From NCBI GenBank assembly GCA_964187785.1, contig OZ076409.1, positions 93,746,001-93,810,000 on the forward strand: 64,000 nucleotides of DNA, in the 5' to 3' direction. The position numbers and the translations under genes were made by a program. Positions 47,473-61,418 of the stretch are shown here, in pieces. The notes under the pieces were generated by a model that did not search any database, was not told the origin of the DNA, and saw only the letters and a list, made by a program, of their open reading frames with translations. Numbering within the stretch: position 1 is the first letter of the stretch; every line of letters starts with the position of its first letter. Origin of the DNA: Amphiscolops sp. MND2022. Taxonomy: Eukaryota.

Positions 47473-48288
47473 CAACCAATCAAATTACAGTCGCCCTTGT
47501 AAATCAATCAAGGGTCCTCGTAAACGGGGTCCAAGTTAAAAAAATTCCTTACAGAACCTTGCAAACATCACACTGTGATAACGTTTTCTTCGAACCTTCT
47601 GCAAAAAAAAACAAGCAAGATCTATGAGTAAAACAATTTTTTTCAGGATGCTCCAAAATGATACATTTCTTCTGCGAGAGTTTTTCAAAACTCTTGTAAA
47701 AAAATGTGGATCTTGTAATTTGGATAATTGCTTCCTATATTCAATAAAAAGTCTTTTCCCCATACAAAGTCACGCTCAGAATGTGAAAATTTTGCATGGA
47801 ATTTTCACTGAGTTGTAATTCGGAGAATCTATAGAACTACTACTGTTGAGTGAAAACAGTTTTCTCATTAAAAATTAAATTTTTCCGTTACACGGCCGTA
47901 TGAACATCAAAAACCTTTTGGTTATTTCTTATATTACTTAATCCATTTTTAATAAACTAATGCTTCCCAAAAAGAACACAGCTATTGAGATATTGGTAGC
48001 ATTCATGTTTTAATGAACTGCTAACAGAATACAAAGGTAAAACTAGCAATTGATGACAAATACATGTAAATTGCGTATGCAGTGTCAATTTATTGAGAAG
48101 TATCTGTCTGTTATGTTCTAAGGCAAAAATAAAACAGAAAGAGAAACAATCTGAAATCCATATTCACTGCTGGTGATCAATTTTTGAGTCTACGCATTTA
48201 AATCCACCCCTTTCCCGGATAATGCACTCAAATTATTCTGCTAAACAGAGTAAATTTAGGCTAAGTTCGAAATAATTTAGTAAACGTA

Positions 48289-48714
48289 CAGTAATGTCCG
48301 ACATAAACCAGCCCCCCCCCACCCGGTTTATAAGCCCCCCTCCTAATTTTGAGCACCAAATCCCAATTTTGGGTATGTACCCGACGTTTGAGCCTCAAAT
48401 CCAACACCCCCCCAGCAAAAAAACTGAAATTGTGAATTATAGGAACAGCAAAGAAATCATTTAGGGGTAAAAGTCTGAATAAAATCAACCACTGCATCAT
48501 CAAGTTTGTTATAAGAAGGGTGAATAGGAACATCATCATTTACTGCGTGAGAAGCAATCTAACCCTTTAACACTTGTACATGTAAACTAAATGTTGAATA
48601 GATTTGCTAACTTATATTTTAGTTCACTTTTCAGACCCGGCATTTGAGCCTCTTCCCCCAATTAAGCCGATACTGAAACTTAAAATGGGAGGGCTTATAC
48701 GTTGGACATTACGG
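48289..48714. mobile_element. pogo/Tigger-like MITE
   Basis: TA|CAGTAATGTCCGACATAAACC ... GGCTTATACGTTGGACATTACGG; internal ataagcccccc. Confidence 0.55.
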
Positions 48715-49408
48715 TCATTGGAAAACCATATTCGACTTTTAAAAATTGTGTATACATTTTTGAGCAAATATTAACAAAAACTGGTTTGCTAAAAAGTTGG
48801 GTTAGGAAGGGTGGTCAATGCAAACTAGCGAAAGTTCAATTTAAAGTATGAGATTGCATGATAATTAAAACACAAACAAGCGTATTTTTGAAAACTAGTT
48901 CTAAGAACATTTTCAAATTGAGCCGAAAAACAGAAACTAACACTTCTGATGCTGTTTTTTCCCTTCAGAACACCTCACAGATTACAAAACAATATGTAAC
49001 TTTGTACGAAATGAGTTAAATAAGATGCTGCCGTGCGTAGCGGACACAGTGAAGTAACATTATCCCACAACATGGCAAACGTGGAACGATTCATCGAATG
49101 ATGATGGCTAGTTTTTTGTGCGTAATCATAGCATGATCGTATTACAATTAATAATCGTATTACAATCGCCCTACGACTTGAATTGAGGGTCATCATGGGA
49201 CAATTAAAAATTACTCATTCTAAACTCGAACCTAAGTTCCCTGTTACGACTTCAAAACGGACCTTACAGAGCTTACACACTCTATACAGGCCTTGAGCAA
49301 GTCGCCTCACTTGGCTGCGAAAATGGTACCATAGCTTGCCAATGGGAGATCCAAAAAACGATGGCCGACTTAGAAAGGCAGATCTGCTTGTTTGGCGTTC
49401 ACTCCACG

Positions 49409-49920
49409 TTTTTAGTCGGCGCTTTTATTAATAAAAGAGTCCGACTATTACAGTCACACGTTTTTTTTATTTAAGACAGACTCGAAGCGACGAACGTTAA
49501 AATTAACGTTCAACTACTAAATACTAACCTACTGGACCGGCAAACGGGAGCGCATTTAGGATAGTGCAAACGGTCCCCCCTTTCTGTTACTCCATTTTTA
49601 TTGTAAGATACAAAACAGGACGAGACTATAGGGTTTGAGTTTTTTGCGGCACTGTGCGACTTTTTTTCGAAATTTTTTTGTCACCAAAGGGTCCCCCCTT
49701 CAAGTTTTTTGATATTTTACAGCAAAATGAAGTTTCAAAAAGCCCAAAGGGTCTCCCCTTCCAAGTTTTTCGGCACTATGAGACTGGCTCAAAATTCGTA
49801 TTTTTCGATTTTTCGTTTTTTTTTCAAAAAACCCAAAGGGCCCCCCTTTTACAATTTCAAAAAGTTTCAGCTTTTTGAGCCTTAGATATGGCGCCGACTT
49901 TAGACGTTCCCGTCTTGTTT
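49409..49920 (+). mobile_element. DINE-1/HINE-like family 1 copy (cleanest example)
   Basis: TTTTTAGTCGGCGC-ttttattaataaaa-gagtCCGACTA; internal repeated units; GGCGCCGACT-ttAGACGttccCGTCT-TGTTT. Confidence 0.85.
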
Positions 49921-51861
49921 GCATGTTAGCAACGTTTATTATGGTTTCCTAAAAGTCTTACAGAAACGTTCTTGCAAAAATATTTCCCTGCTGTGTTTGA
50001 CTATTATCAAGCTGCTTGAAATATTCATCAGAATTTTGATGGCATTTTCAGGCCTTAAAGTTTTGCAGGTTTCATTAAGAAACAGTTTTCAAATTTTTAC
50101 AGTAGTTTTAGCAGTGTAATTATACAAGTTTTACTTAAGGAACACCACTGAACTTTCTAGGTTTTGCACAAAAGTACCCTGCAAGAAGGTATGCTGCATG
50201 TAAAAAGATCCAGCAGTCTCAACTAGGGTTTCGTTTGGTAAAAATCACACGTTTTAGTTGAGAAACCTGAGATCCTCAATGATTCAAAACTCGCCGGAGA
50301 CGGCAGAAGTCAACGCACCGAGTACTTGAAAGCGCTAAGGAGCGGTTTCTAAAAATCTTAAAAATCTCCAAAATCTGAAAAAGCCAAAAGCAACAACAAG
50401 GGCGAAACATTAGGACTTTGGAACGTTTTTTAAACTCTGGGATATTGTGAAAAAACGCTTCTAAAAAGTTTTCAAAGACCCAAACAAAACTAAAAACCCT
50501 AGCGAGAGGCCTTGAAGATTTTTTTGAAACAAAAATCTGTGCCTTGTAAAACAAAAGAAAGATTCAAAAAATGAAAGGAAGGGCTCTGTGAATCATTTGG
50601 ATATTTTTTCGCTTAGGTGTATTGTAGATTTTAATTAAACTTTATTGTCACTTCGATCAGATTGAAAAACAAATTGAAAAAAAAAAGATTTCCAAACTTC
50701 GAAAATGCTTTTTTCTTGAGAGTGAGCGGAAAAATGATGAACCATGAAAACTTCATTTGTGAATACAACATATGAGCCTCTCACAAAGACAACAAAAAAT
50801 AAAGGGAAACTTTAAAAAAACATTGAAAAATTATCATCATTCAGAAACAGTTGTTTCGGTCGTTCCGTGCAGGAAAGCGTAGCAATTGAAAAAGTATGAG
50901 GAGAAAAGTTAGGAATTTCAAACTGAATTGTCAACTTTAAAATGAATTATTTTCAAAAATTAACATATTTTCAAATCTATACACAGTCACAAAACTTTTC
51001 ACAGTAGATGTACAAAGTAGCCATTTGTGAAGCTAACTGATTTGGTTACTGAACCGTCAAAGTACACTTTTATACAAACGATAAATCCACTGAACAAAAA
51101 TTCGAAAAATATCTAATTTTAAAAAGATGAATTAACTGGGACCAGAAGGAACAATTTATGTGACAAAATTTTCGAGTTTTCATACAGGTATATGCCGCAG
51201 ACAAAGTACACTATGCGGAAAAACGAGGTATATATTCTTGTTCGATTGTATGTATGCTTGTTCGATTGTATCCGGTAAAAAACTTTCCCTCAGCAAAATT
51301 TTGAATTCTTCACTGAACTTCTTACCTGGAAAAGGGAATCTCTGGTTATGGCTGCACGAATGTTTATATGTTCATTTAGGTTGCCAGCACTTTTAGCACG
51401 ATTTTGTACGTTTCACAGAGAATGCATCAGGCAAAAAGTTTCCCTGATGCAAGACTATTTCTTCACGTTTGTTTGAGGAGTTCCATACATTTTGGCGGGG
51501 TTTTCGAGCAGCAAAAGGGAAGTTCAAGACGAAGCTCCAGCGAAAATTTGTTAGTCTTTGTAAACCTCAATTTTTGCATGTGTTTGAGGAGAAAACTTCA
51601 ATGGTTCTACTCTAATATTCAGCATGAACAATTTGAATACATGTGCCAGTTAGGCAATAAACTTCGTATCACCCAGGGAGGTATTGCAAATTGTTTTGTT
51701 TTGCGAAAGACAATTTTTAAAAAAACTAGAGAAATGACCTTTAAGCTTCATCTTTTTTTTTAAAGAAAAGACAAATTTTGTACCATATAAAGAGAATGTT
51801 TTTAGGGACTACTTTGACAGCGGAATATTAAAAATAAACTATTCAGAAAGATTTTTTTCAA

Positions 51862-53070
51862 ATTTTAGTCCGCGTTTTTCCCAACAGAAATATTGCAGTG
51901 ACTAGCTCTTTTATCTTATGGCTCACACTGTAATAAACGAACGCCTCGGAAACGCATCTAAGTTAGTGCATATCGGGCCCCTCTCTCGTTTTTTTGCAAG
52001 GTGACATTCAAAACCAGACGAAAATAAAAAAAACCCTCTCGTTATTCTCGGCTTTGTGAAACGTTTCGGAATTTTTCATGGTTTTTGAGATTTACTTTTT
52101 TCGGTAGTGTGAGACTTTCCAAATAGATTGTTTGCCTAAAAATTAAATTGCCTAAAATCTTTGAAACAAGGTCAACGCGGATTTTCTTGTTCTTGTGGAA
52201 TTTTTTGACAAGCAGCAGTAGGTGGGTTTGAGTCTCCCACTAATCCAAAAATGTTTTATGTTTGCATAAATAGGGGGAGACCAAAGGGCCTGTAGGATTT
52301 TTTGGCACTTTGCCACTTCTTTCAACAGTTTCTTCAATCGAAGTGCTATATTTGTTTTTCAGCTGTAACAAAGCGTTCGGCGATCTTAGACGGCCACTTT
52401 CGGTTTCTTAGGCGCAATGCAGCTTACTTTTCTTTCCTATTTTTTGGTTTCTGTGGTTTTCTCAGAGGGAGTCCAAAGGGTGACCACCTCCGTGATACTT
52501 TTTCGGTCCCAAGAAATGGATGAGCGTCTTCTCAATAAATGTGGAAATGACTTACGGTTTTTCCGGCACTTCGCTACTTTTCTCCTACTGTACTTTTTCA
52601 GATGCACACCCTCAATTTGTTTTCGGAACTGTGGGTCTTTTTGGAAATATTTCAATGTCTTCAAATGGTACCCCAAGTTGTTTTGACATTTTGCAACAAA
52701 TCGGATACCAAGAAGTCCCTTTTTAAAATTTTCGACAACATGAGACTGTTTCAAAATTCTGAAATTTCGTCTGAAATTGGGATTTCTTTAGGTATATCCA
52801 ATATTTTTCCAATGCTCTCTGAATTTTTACGGCAATATCCGAATTATATTGTGTTTTACTAAGGAGAGCGCCGAGGTTCAAAAAAGCACTCCATTTGGTT
52901 CTGCAGGCTATATCTGAACTTCTGAAGAAATTTCCGAGCACGAAAGACACCCTTTAGTGTTCCAAAATTTTTTGTGAGTTTTTCATGAAGAATGACCTGC
53001 GCATATTTTGAAACCTTTGCGATTTTTGAGCATTAAGCAAAGCGCCGACTTGAGACGTTCTCGTTTTGTT
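51862..53070 (+). mobile_element. Longer diverged HINE-like family 1 copy
   Basis: ttttagtccgcg ... gcgccgacttgagacgttctcgttttgtt. Confidence 0.65.
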
Positions 53071-56000
53071 GATACTTCAACTGAACAACTTGAATGTAAA
53101 AACGTGTTTAAACATGGTTTTCGACCTGTGGATTGCCTTCACGAGACTTGCAAGAAGCACCCGCAAAAGCTGTTGGAATTTGTATTTTACATCCGCGGGG
53201 TTGAGGAAATTTCGCTTCTCAATTGCAAAACATTGTTTGCCAAACCTTGAAAATATTATTTTCTGAATTCGGAAGTTGTTTTTGCTTCATATTTATGTCT
53301 ATATAGGTTCACTTTCGCTTTGTTTTTATTCTCCGTTAGTGGGGGTTTTAGCTGTTCCAGACACTTTTACAGGTGAATCAGTCAAGTTTTTTCATTCAAG
53401 TTCAATGTTGAGATTGAGAAATTGTTTACGTTTTCTACGTTTGCGCTTGCATTCGCAAGAGAAATATGTTTAAGGGACTTTAAAAAATAATTTTGCAAGT
53501 TGCAGCGGCTTTGTTTCAACACGCAGTGAAATGCTACCAGGATTTGTCAAGCTGCAGTATAATTTTCCCTGCGCACGGTCTGAATTTTTTAGTACAAAGT
53601 ACCCTGCATGCAGGCCTGCAACGTGTAAGAAAACTGGGGTTTCGACTCCGTCTCCCTTTGATTTTTTGAATATTTCAATGCCATTGTCCAACTCACGGAA
53701 ATTTTTTCTATAAGTTGTCTGCGACCTTTTTCATTTTCTGTCAGGATATTGCATTTAATGAGAAAAACGATTTCTACTGAAAATTATATGCCAGAAAAGA
53801 AAAATTGATTTAAAAAACAACAGAAACTTATATGACAGAACTCAGTCCTGACAAAGTGTATGGGTTTATGGTAACGAGTAAATGTGATATTCTTTTCATT
53901 TTCGAGTATTTCTGAACGTTCAAAGTTTAGCGGTCAAATTTTTGTCGACCAGCTAAACAATCACACAAATGTTTACATGTTATGAAGCCTTTTAGTTTAG
54001 ATTCCTGTTGATCTATTTTTGCAGAACTCCTCAACATAAAACATATATATGCTTTAACTGTTTATTCACAAAAGCTTACCTGTTTACGAAACGAAAACGC
54101 CAAACGAACTTTTGCGGAGCTGAACAAATCACAAACTCAACAATGGTAGGTAGTGCGGAAACTAGCTAAAGTACCTAAGACCCGTTGAACTCAGGGTAAC
54201 TACTGTTCATGGGTGGAATTAACATGCTTTTTACATGAACCGCGAGAAACAGGATAGAAAGGATCAGTTTTCAAAGTAGTTCCGAATGTCGCAATGTTAA
54301 CGCAGCGTGAAATATTAGCGCAATTGTTTCCACCTGCTTTAGGATTTCAATCATTTCTCAAAGCCATAGATATTTTTACTGGATTCATCGGAAGTTTTGA
54401 CGATTTCGGATTGAGAAATTGGCATCGCTTTTCTAATCCAATTTGATTCTGAATTCTCTGAAAATGTTTCATATAAAACCATTCTGCAAAGATCTCACAA
54501 TCTCCCTGAGTAATTTGCCATGTTCTTTGAAATATTGATACCTGTTTTTGAAACCTAAAAGGTTCTTTATTTCAACACAAATTCTGATCAGCGTGCCTTT
54601 AGTTCACATGACAACACATGCGTGTACAGATAATTTCATCTATTTCATTAAAATCTACATTTCTAGGACCGAGATTCTTTCAAATTTGTCCTTCGCGCAA
54701 GTTTTGAGGAAAAACATTATGTGAATATTCAATCTGTTCAAATGTCTTATGACAAACGAATTGATTTATTCGGTCAATTTAGTAACCATTATAAGAAAAA
54801 CACACTTTACCAACAACTCGCTCCGAAATGAAACCAGTAAAAAATGTTTGAAGCAAGAAAAAAGTCAACCTCAAAATGCTTTGCCATCCTGGTCATCCTT
54901 TTAACTAGCATTTCAGCAACTTGAATGACCGAATGCGAAATGGAATGCAGTCATTTCTCAGGCGAAATAAACGTTGTTTGCTGCAATTCTTCTAACACAA
55001 AGGAAACTGTTTCAAAAACAATTCTATAGATATATTTTTGAATTATGAGTACTCGTTAAACGTAAACCCGGATCCTTGACATTTTGCTTGAAAATTGAGC
55101 CAAACATCAAAACTTTTGAACAGCTCGGTTACAATTGGGCAAAAAAAACGTTTTTCAATGCAAAAAATGTGGTTATTTAGAGTATTTCAATCAAATTTTT
55201 TCAATCGATTTTGAGGATTGAAAAATTTTTACTGACAGCTTCCTTCATAATTCAAATATGAAATGAATTGTATTTTTTTGAACATTTAGAGCAGAAAAAG
55301 TTAGATTAATAATAACTTAAAATTTTGGTTTGTTCACAAATGTTGTTATTGGCAATTCCAATTGTTAATTCGTGAGGTGTTTTCAGACCTTATACTTTCC
55401 TGTCGAACATTCCAGCATCGACAAAATCTTCACGTTTGAGCGTAGCCGATAAACTACGAAAATGCAAAAAATTGTGGTTTCGATTCATCTTATGCCACTT
55501 TGAAAACAAAGACTCAATTTTTCTCGGTTCGAGAATATGTTAACGTTGACAGTACACCGAGAAATTGAAAACTTGACAAAAATTTGGCGATTTTTTCAAA
55601 GCTTCATTTCTCCACCAATAACAGCCGTAGCTCAAAACGGTTTTCTGTTCAGGAAAGTTCTTCAACAAAACTGTCAAATCCAAACTTATTAGATTGCAAG
55701 TAGGTGCCAGTTGTTGGGGTGAGAGCGCCACATCAGCGGCGCGGGCCTGGTTTCGCTGGACCTTTCAAATGCCGGTCGTACTCATTGCTGAAACTTTGAT
55801 CGAAAAAAAATCCTTATTCGTTTTCAGTGGTGGCCTACTATGTTACCGGAGTAGGATAGTAACTTAGCAAAGAGTTGCTCAGTTTTAAAGAAAAAAACTA
55901 ACTTTTTCTAAAGATAGTTTCTTGCAAAGTTTTGCTTTTTCAGTTACTTTTTTGACGGGGGCGCGGAAAAAACTATTGACACAAATTTTTACAAAAGTAG

Positions 56001-56090
56001 CGAAAAAGGTCAAAAAGTGACAATTTTTTACTTCTCCAGGGATGTCGTGGCCTTCAAAAGTCTTTTCAATTGAAATTTTGCTTAAACTTT

Positions 56091-56453
56091 AATTTCCGCC
56101 CACATATAATGGGGGAGGGAGGAGAAACATCATGATCTGTGTTACGTTTCGTTCCAAATTCTGCCAAAACTCCTCCCAGTTCCTCAATCGACTTCCCTAT
56201 TTGACTATTTTATATAGTTACTTGACTATTTTAGTTCAACTGAAATAGTCAAGCAACAATATAAAATAGTCAAGTAGTGAATCAATTTCGCAAGTGGAGT
56301 TCAAGTAAGTTACTTGAACTCCACTTGCCAAATCTCCACAACGGCGCAGTTGGTAGTGCGTCTTCTGGCAGACATGAGGTGTTGGGTTCGAACCCGGGCT
56401 GATGCGTTGCATTTTCAGCGGAAATTATCCCGGTGCTTAGCGAGCGCCTTGTT
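56091..56453 (+). mobile_element. HINE-like family 2 element with a tRNA-like segment and two fold-back palindromes
   Basis: AATTTCCGC ... GCGGAAATT subTIRs, ends cttgtt; GGCGCAGTTGG A-box and GGTTCGAACC B-box at ~56343-56395. Confidence 0.75.
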
Positions 56454-58399
56454 ATCTTTGAATTCTGTAAAGATTCCTACATATCGAGACCTTCTAAAAA
56501 TGTACAAAAAAAGACAAAAGTCGAAACTGAAAAAAAAATCAAGTTTCCAACAAAAGAAGAATTTTTCTACTAAAAAGGGTGCTTGATAGCTAGTTTTTTC
56601 ATTGCTGAGCTCGCAAGTTTCTTGGAATTTCCACAACATTCAGAAACTACAAAAAACTCAAACAAAATGTTTAAAAAGGAGATTTTTGGATTTTCTGGTG
56701 TTATTTTGGGAACTTTTTCCGACAGATAACTTCTTGTTTTTAGAAGGATGTTCTGGCTAGTTAAATGTTTCAACATTGGGCTCGACGGATATTATACACT
56801 ACGAAAGCATCCAAAAACTACAAACCTGCTAATAAAGTTTCAAAAAATTTGATAAAGTTTTATTTAAATTTTGCTGTTATTTTGGAAACGTTTCTAACAA
56901 AAAACATGAATTTTTTTGTAGAAATTGCATTGATTAGCCCAATTCTTTAAACTTTGAGCTTGTTTGAAAGTCTTCTCTACGGAAACACTCAAATTCGCAA
57001 CAAATATTACGGGTAAATTATCAAGGCACAAGGAGGGTTTTGAAACTTTTGGATTTTTGGTCGTCCACTTATTTTTTTAATGTCTTCAATGTATGCTTGG
57101 AAACATTTGATGAGAAACAGGCTCAAAAATTGCTTTTTAATGGCGGAAAAACGGTTCTCAGGAAAGGTTTCATTGTTCTCCAAAACCAAGACTCCCGCTA
57201 ACCAGCAGGATATTTTGCGTTCAAACTGTTCTAGCAACGACATCAGTTAGAAGTTCACGAGTAGACAATGCACTACGAAAAAGCATCCAAATTTGATGAA
57301 ACAAGTTCTAAATGCAATTTAATTTCAAAAGGAAACACCTCAAGAACACACCAAGTACCTATTTGATTTGTTGTCGGACTGTGTGGATACCAACCTAACT
57401 TACCTTTCTCATTTTTTATAATTTTGCACAAAAAGTCAACAAAAACCTCAATACTTGGATTTTTTGATTTTTCGACCCCTTTGCGGTCATCTTCAGGCAT
57501 TTTCAAAAAACTACTTCAGATGTTTTCTCTTCAAAAATTGCTTACTGTTTACAGGGTTGTTTTGAGAGCATACACAATTCTAACTTACAACATTGCTCCA
57601 AAGTGTTGACAAAAAGTATTCGAAAAGCAAGGGAAGTTTGGATGATTTTTCGATTTCTTAAGGACAGTCTGACAAGTCTCCTACGTAAAAATGTTTCCTT
57701 TTTCAACGTACCGCATGCCGAATTAAAAAGTTTAGAGTTTCTTGAAACTTCTCAATTACAAACATTTGGGTATTTTTAATAAAAAGTCATTAAATTGTCA
57801 AAAACCTGTTAAACGTTTTCATCTTTTTGGAGTCATTACGAGTTTTTTTAATATGCAATTGCAATCGGCTTTCAAAAAGCCTACTATATAACGTGTTTGA
57901 TTGCTGCTTGGGCTAGTCTGAAATGATGTTCTACGTGGAAAACTACTTTTCCTACAAGAGGTGTACTGCGCAGCTCGATGAATCGTATCCTACAAGAGGT
58001 GTACTGCACAGCTCGATGAATTGTTTGGACCGTAAGGACCGTCTTACTAATCAAAAACTTTACAAACATTCACTAAAATTGTCGAAAAGTCAATTTTGTT
58101 TGTTTTTTTTTTGGGTCAATGTCAGGCTTTTTCCAAATAGAAATCCACAAATACCTCCGCAAAAGCCAACTGGATATCAACTGCAAGCGTTGTTGTGCAT
58201 TTCTAACTTATCAACCCTGACAACGTTTTGAAATCTTGGGGATCTTGATGTCTTGAAATCTAGAAACGTGACTGAATTAGTATACTCTACTTAGTTATAA
58301 AACTGAACTAAATTCTTTTTCATCCTAACTGAATATCTTCATGTTGCACTCCTCCGAGAGCAGAAATTTTGAACATTTTTTGAAAAAAAAGTTCTTGAA

Positions 58400-58770
58400 A
58401 AATTTTGCAAAGCGTCTTGCAAGATCTTGCAAGACAATGCATTATTATTCTTACAAACTGTCTTGCAATATTCTTGCGAGCAAAAAGTTGAAATTTTTCG
58501 ATTTTTTTCTACAAAAGTATGGAACTTTCAAGATTCTTGCAAGCTTTCGGTATGTTCTCTCCATTGAACATTGCCTAATGATCACCCCCGCTAATTCTTG
58601 TTCTCATTTACTACCAAAAGAGCGATTCCAGACTAAACACTTGAATAATTTACATCAATTGGAATGAAACCGAAATTAGCACTTATTCATCAACGTGTAA
58701 GATTTGCTTAGTCTTGCAAAATTCTTGCAAGACCGGCATCAACTTGCAAGAAACTTGCAAGATTAACATG
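58400..58770. repeat. CTTGCAAG-rich subterminal repeat clusters (decayed MITE)
   Basis: Multiple cttgcaag palindromes at 58415-58545 and 58712-58762; termini not resolved. Confidence 0.55.
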
Positions 58771-61418
58771 CTTTTAAGAAAAATGCAAAATAAGTGCCCC
58801 ATTTAAATTTCTTCCAATTTAGTGTAACCTAACATCGACATTTTTTGGAAACATCTTTTGTCGAACATTTTCTGTACACTAATATGAACCCAGTTAGGGA
58901 TAAATTAGAAACAAGAAATCGTGTCTCGTTCCGACTTTCTCATTTCTTGTTAATCGTAACCATTGAGTTTCAAGGTTTGAAATGAAATAATCGCTCAGCA
59001 TGAACGTTTCAAGTGAGGTATGAACAAACCAGAGAGAAATACCTTGATCATTCAGCGGAGCTGCAATTTTCTTGTACCATAGTATTCATGATTAGAAGAC
59101 TTTGCAGTGTTGTGAAAAGGGTGTCAAAACTTCAACATGTGGAACGCTCTGAATCCTTCAAGATATGAATTACAAACAGAACATTTAGAGTGACGTGAAA
59201 AGATTTAGCTCGTTTGGTATATATAGCTATTTCGCTATAAATAAAGAAATCAAACGGTGATCAGAAATATTGCGCAAATTACAATTTAGGGCTCATTCAG
59301 TGTTTACCGGTGGGGGTAATGTAATGTGTACTGAAACATTGCCGTCTCCTGGAGCGAAAAAATACAAGCATTGTTTACAAACCGGCTTAGAAAAGTAATG
59401 AAACAAAATCCGGTTCATTCCAATTTTAGACCCGGCATGATTCCTTTGATTGTACAAGCTATTGCGCAAACATATGGTATTTGACAGGTAGATAAGTTAT
59501 TGCGCAATTGCACACGCAAGAAGTTTAGATTCCGCTGTCAGGCAGTAGAAACTAGCACTGAAATTTAAATTAGCTTGAAAAAAAAATCAGTACAGTCGTA
59601 GAAAAAAAACATGAACTAAATGAAGAATATTGTGATTTGAAAGGTTTTGCAAAAAATGTAAATACTATAAGTTGGAATTTTATGCATTCCAAGACAAACA
59701 GTGTAGGCAATCGTAAATTTTTTTTGACAAAAAAAGCAAAATTTTAGTAGTCAAAAAGTGTTGTTCCTTGAGGCTATATGTGTGATTATAATTACATTTT
59801 AGGACTCGACTTGGAAATTTGTGCCTAAAAGGGAAAACCAACTGGACTGATTGACTCCAGAGAGACTCGCTTTATGGTATTTTTCTCATCTAAAAGCAGG
59901 AAAATATTTCAGGTCACGCCTTTGAGTTTTGAATACTGATGTAAGAAAACATTGTGAACATTTCGACATTAAAAATTAATGCCAAAATAACGTCAAGAAC
60001 TTGTTGGTTCAGATTCGCAAGAGCCCATGTGGTTTGCAAGATTTTCTACGTTTCTGCCCGTGAACGAAATTATAAATATGAGTTTGGAAAGCTGTTTTTT
60101 CAACATCAAATAGGTAGATGCCAAGATTTGACATGCAGCGATATCAACTTAGAATCCAGGGTAAGGACCATCCATTAATCTCACAGCCTATTTGCGGTGA
60201 ATTTTTCAGGAGAAAGTAGAAAGAAGAAGAAAGTTTATTTACTCTTTTTTGAGGGGGAACACCCAATAATCAGCGGTGGTTTTCCAAGTCGGTGCCCTTT
60301 TCGGATTCTATCTATCGACAACAGCTATGGTACTACTACTAATGGGACTTCCAGTACTCATTTGCGTGAGAAGCTGAAAAAAATCGAAATATTGCCAATC
60401 CTTCTCTGTAATTTCGCTGGAATTTTTTGTCAAAGCTTAGTGGGTCTTTTTTCCAAAATTCTATAAAATCCAGGGAAGTTTTCCAAGATTTTCCAAGATG
60501 CAGGGAAGCTTTGCAAAATTTTCCATGAAGGCTCCCTGATTTTTGTATGTTTTATCAAAAATTAGCGTGCATTTTACTCAGGTGCTTACAATATTTCACG
60601 GCATTCTCAACTAGCGAGACTATCAGTTTTTCAGTTCTCCATTTCTGATCAAACCTAAAATGTTTCCTAATTTCACTATCACTTGTGATCCAAAACACTG
60701 CGTCTTTTCAATCTATTTCTTTTGAAAAATTCCCAGTTTGTAAATATCATACTGAGTATTAATCGCACCATAGTATACACCATATAGCCAAATGCTTACC
60801 CAGCAGTATCAAATTATTGTAGTTATTGAACAGAACTGCTAGTAGATATTCTTCAAAAAATGTTTTCGTTTTGCCTGATGATGTACATTTTTATCTTGAC
60901 GTATTCAAAAGAAGTCTTTTCATCAAAACGTATCCACCATTTGATAACTTGAATTCTGCAAAGCTTTAGTTTGACAGCAACTCGAAACCCTGGAGACGAA
61001 TTCCGAACTTTCTACAAAAGCGTCTTCTCAATTTTTGTCAAATTAGGATGTGATTCCCATAAAACACGCTGGTGAATATAAAACCGCAACGAATCGGGAA
61101 ATTACAGCTTGGTTTTGAAAAACAGTTTCCGCGAATGACAAGGTACATATGAAATATTTATCTACATGTAGTATGATGTAATTTAAAACCCACGCATTTG
61201 TAGATTCCACCTGTGAAAACACCCTGTTTGTGAATATTTTATACATCTTTAATACTTCCTTTGATAAAATCCAGGTTCGTTCAACCTGCAAATGGCGATG
61301 CAAATTCGGAGTTCAGTTCGATTTGGATGGAAATTGAAGAAGCGCTAAACTTGTGTGGCTCGATTTCTATATTCATTAGGCGATAGCTGCCTTAGACTTC
61401 TTAAAGAACTTTTTCAGG

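Noticed and set aside
54080..54120. Upstream coding exon of SK (strong CAG|GTAAGC donor)
   Set aside because: TAA in the required frame; it could be a 5' UTR exon but this cannot be supported without transcripts
56340..56405. Functional tRNA gene
   Set aside because: A and B boxes are present but acceptor and anticodon stems pair poorly, and it lies inside a dispersed repeat
57950..58021. 38-bp direct duplication
   Set aside because: Two-copy local slippage with no further structure
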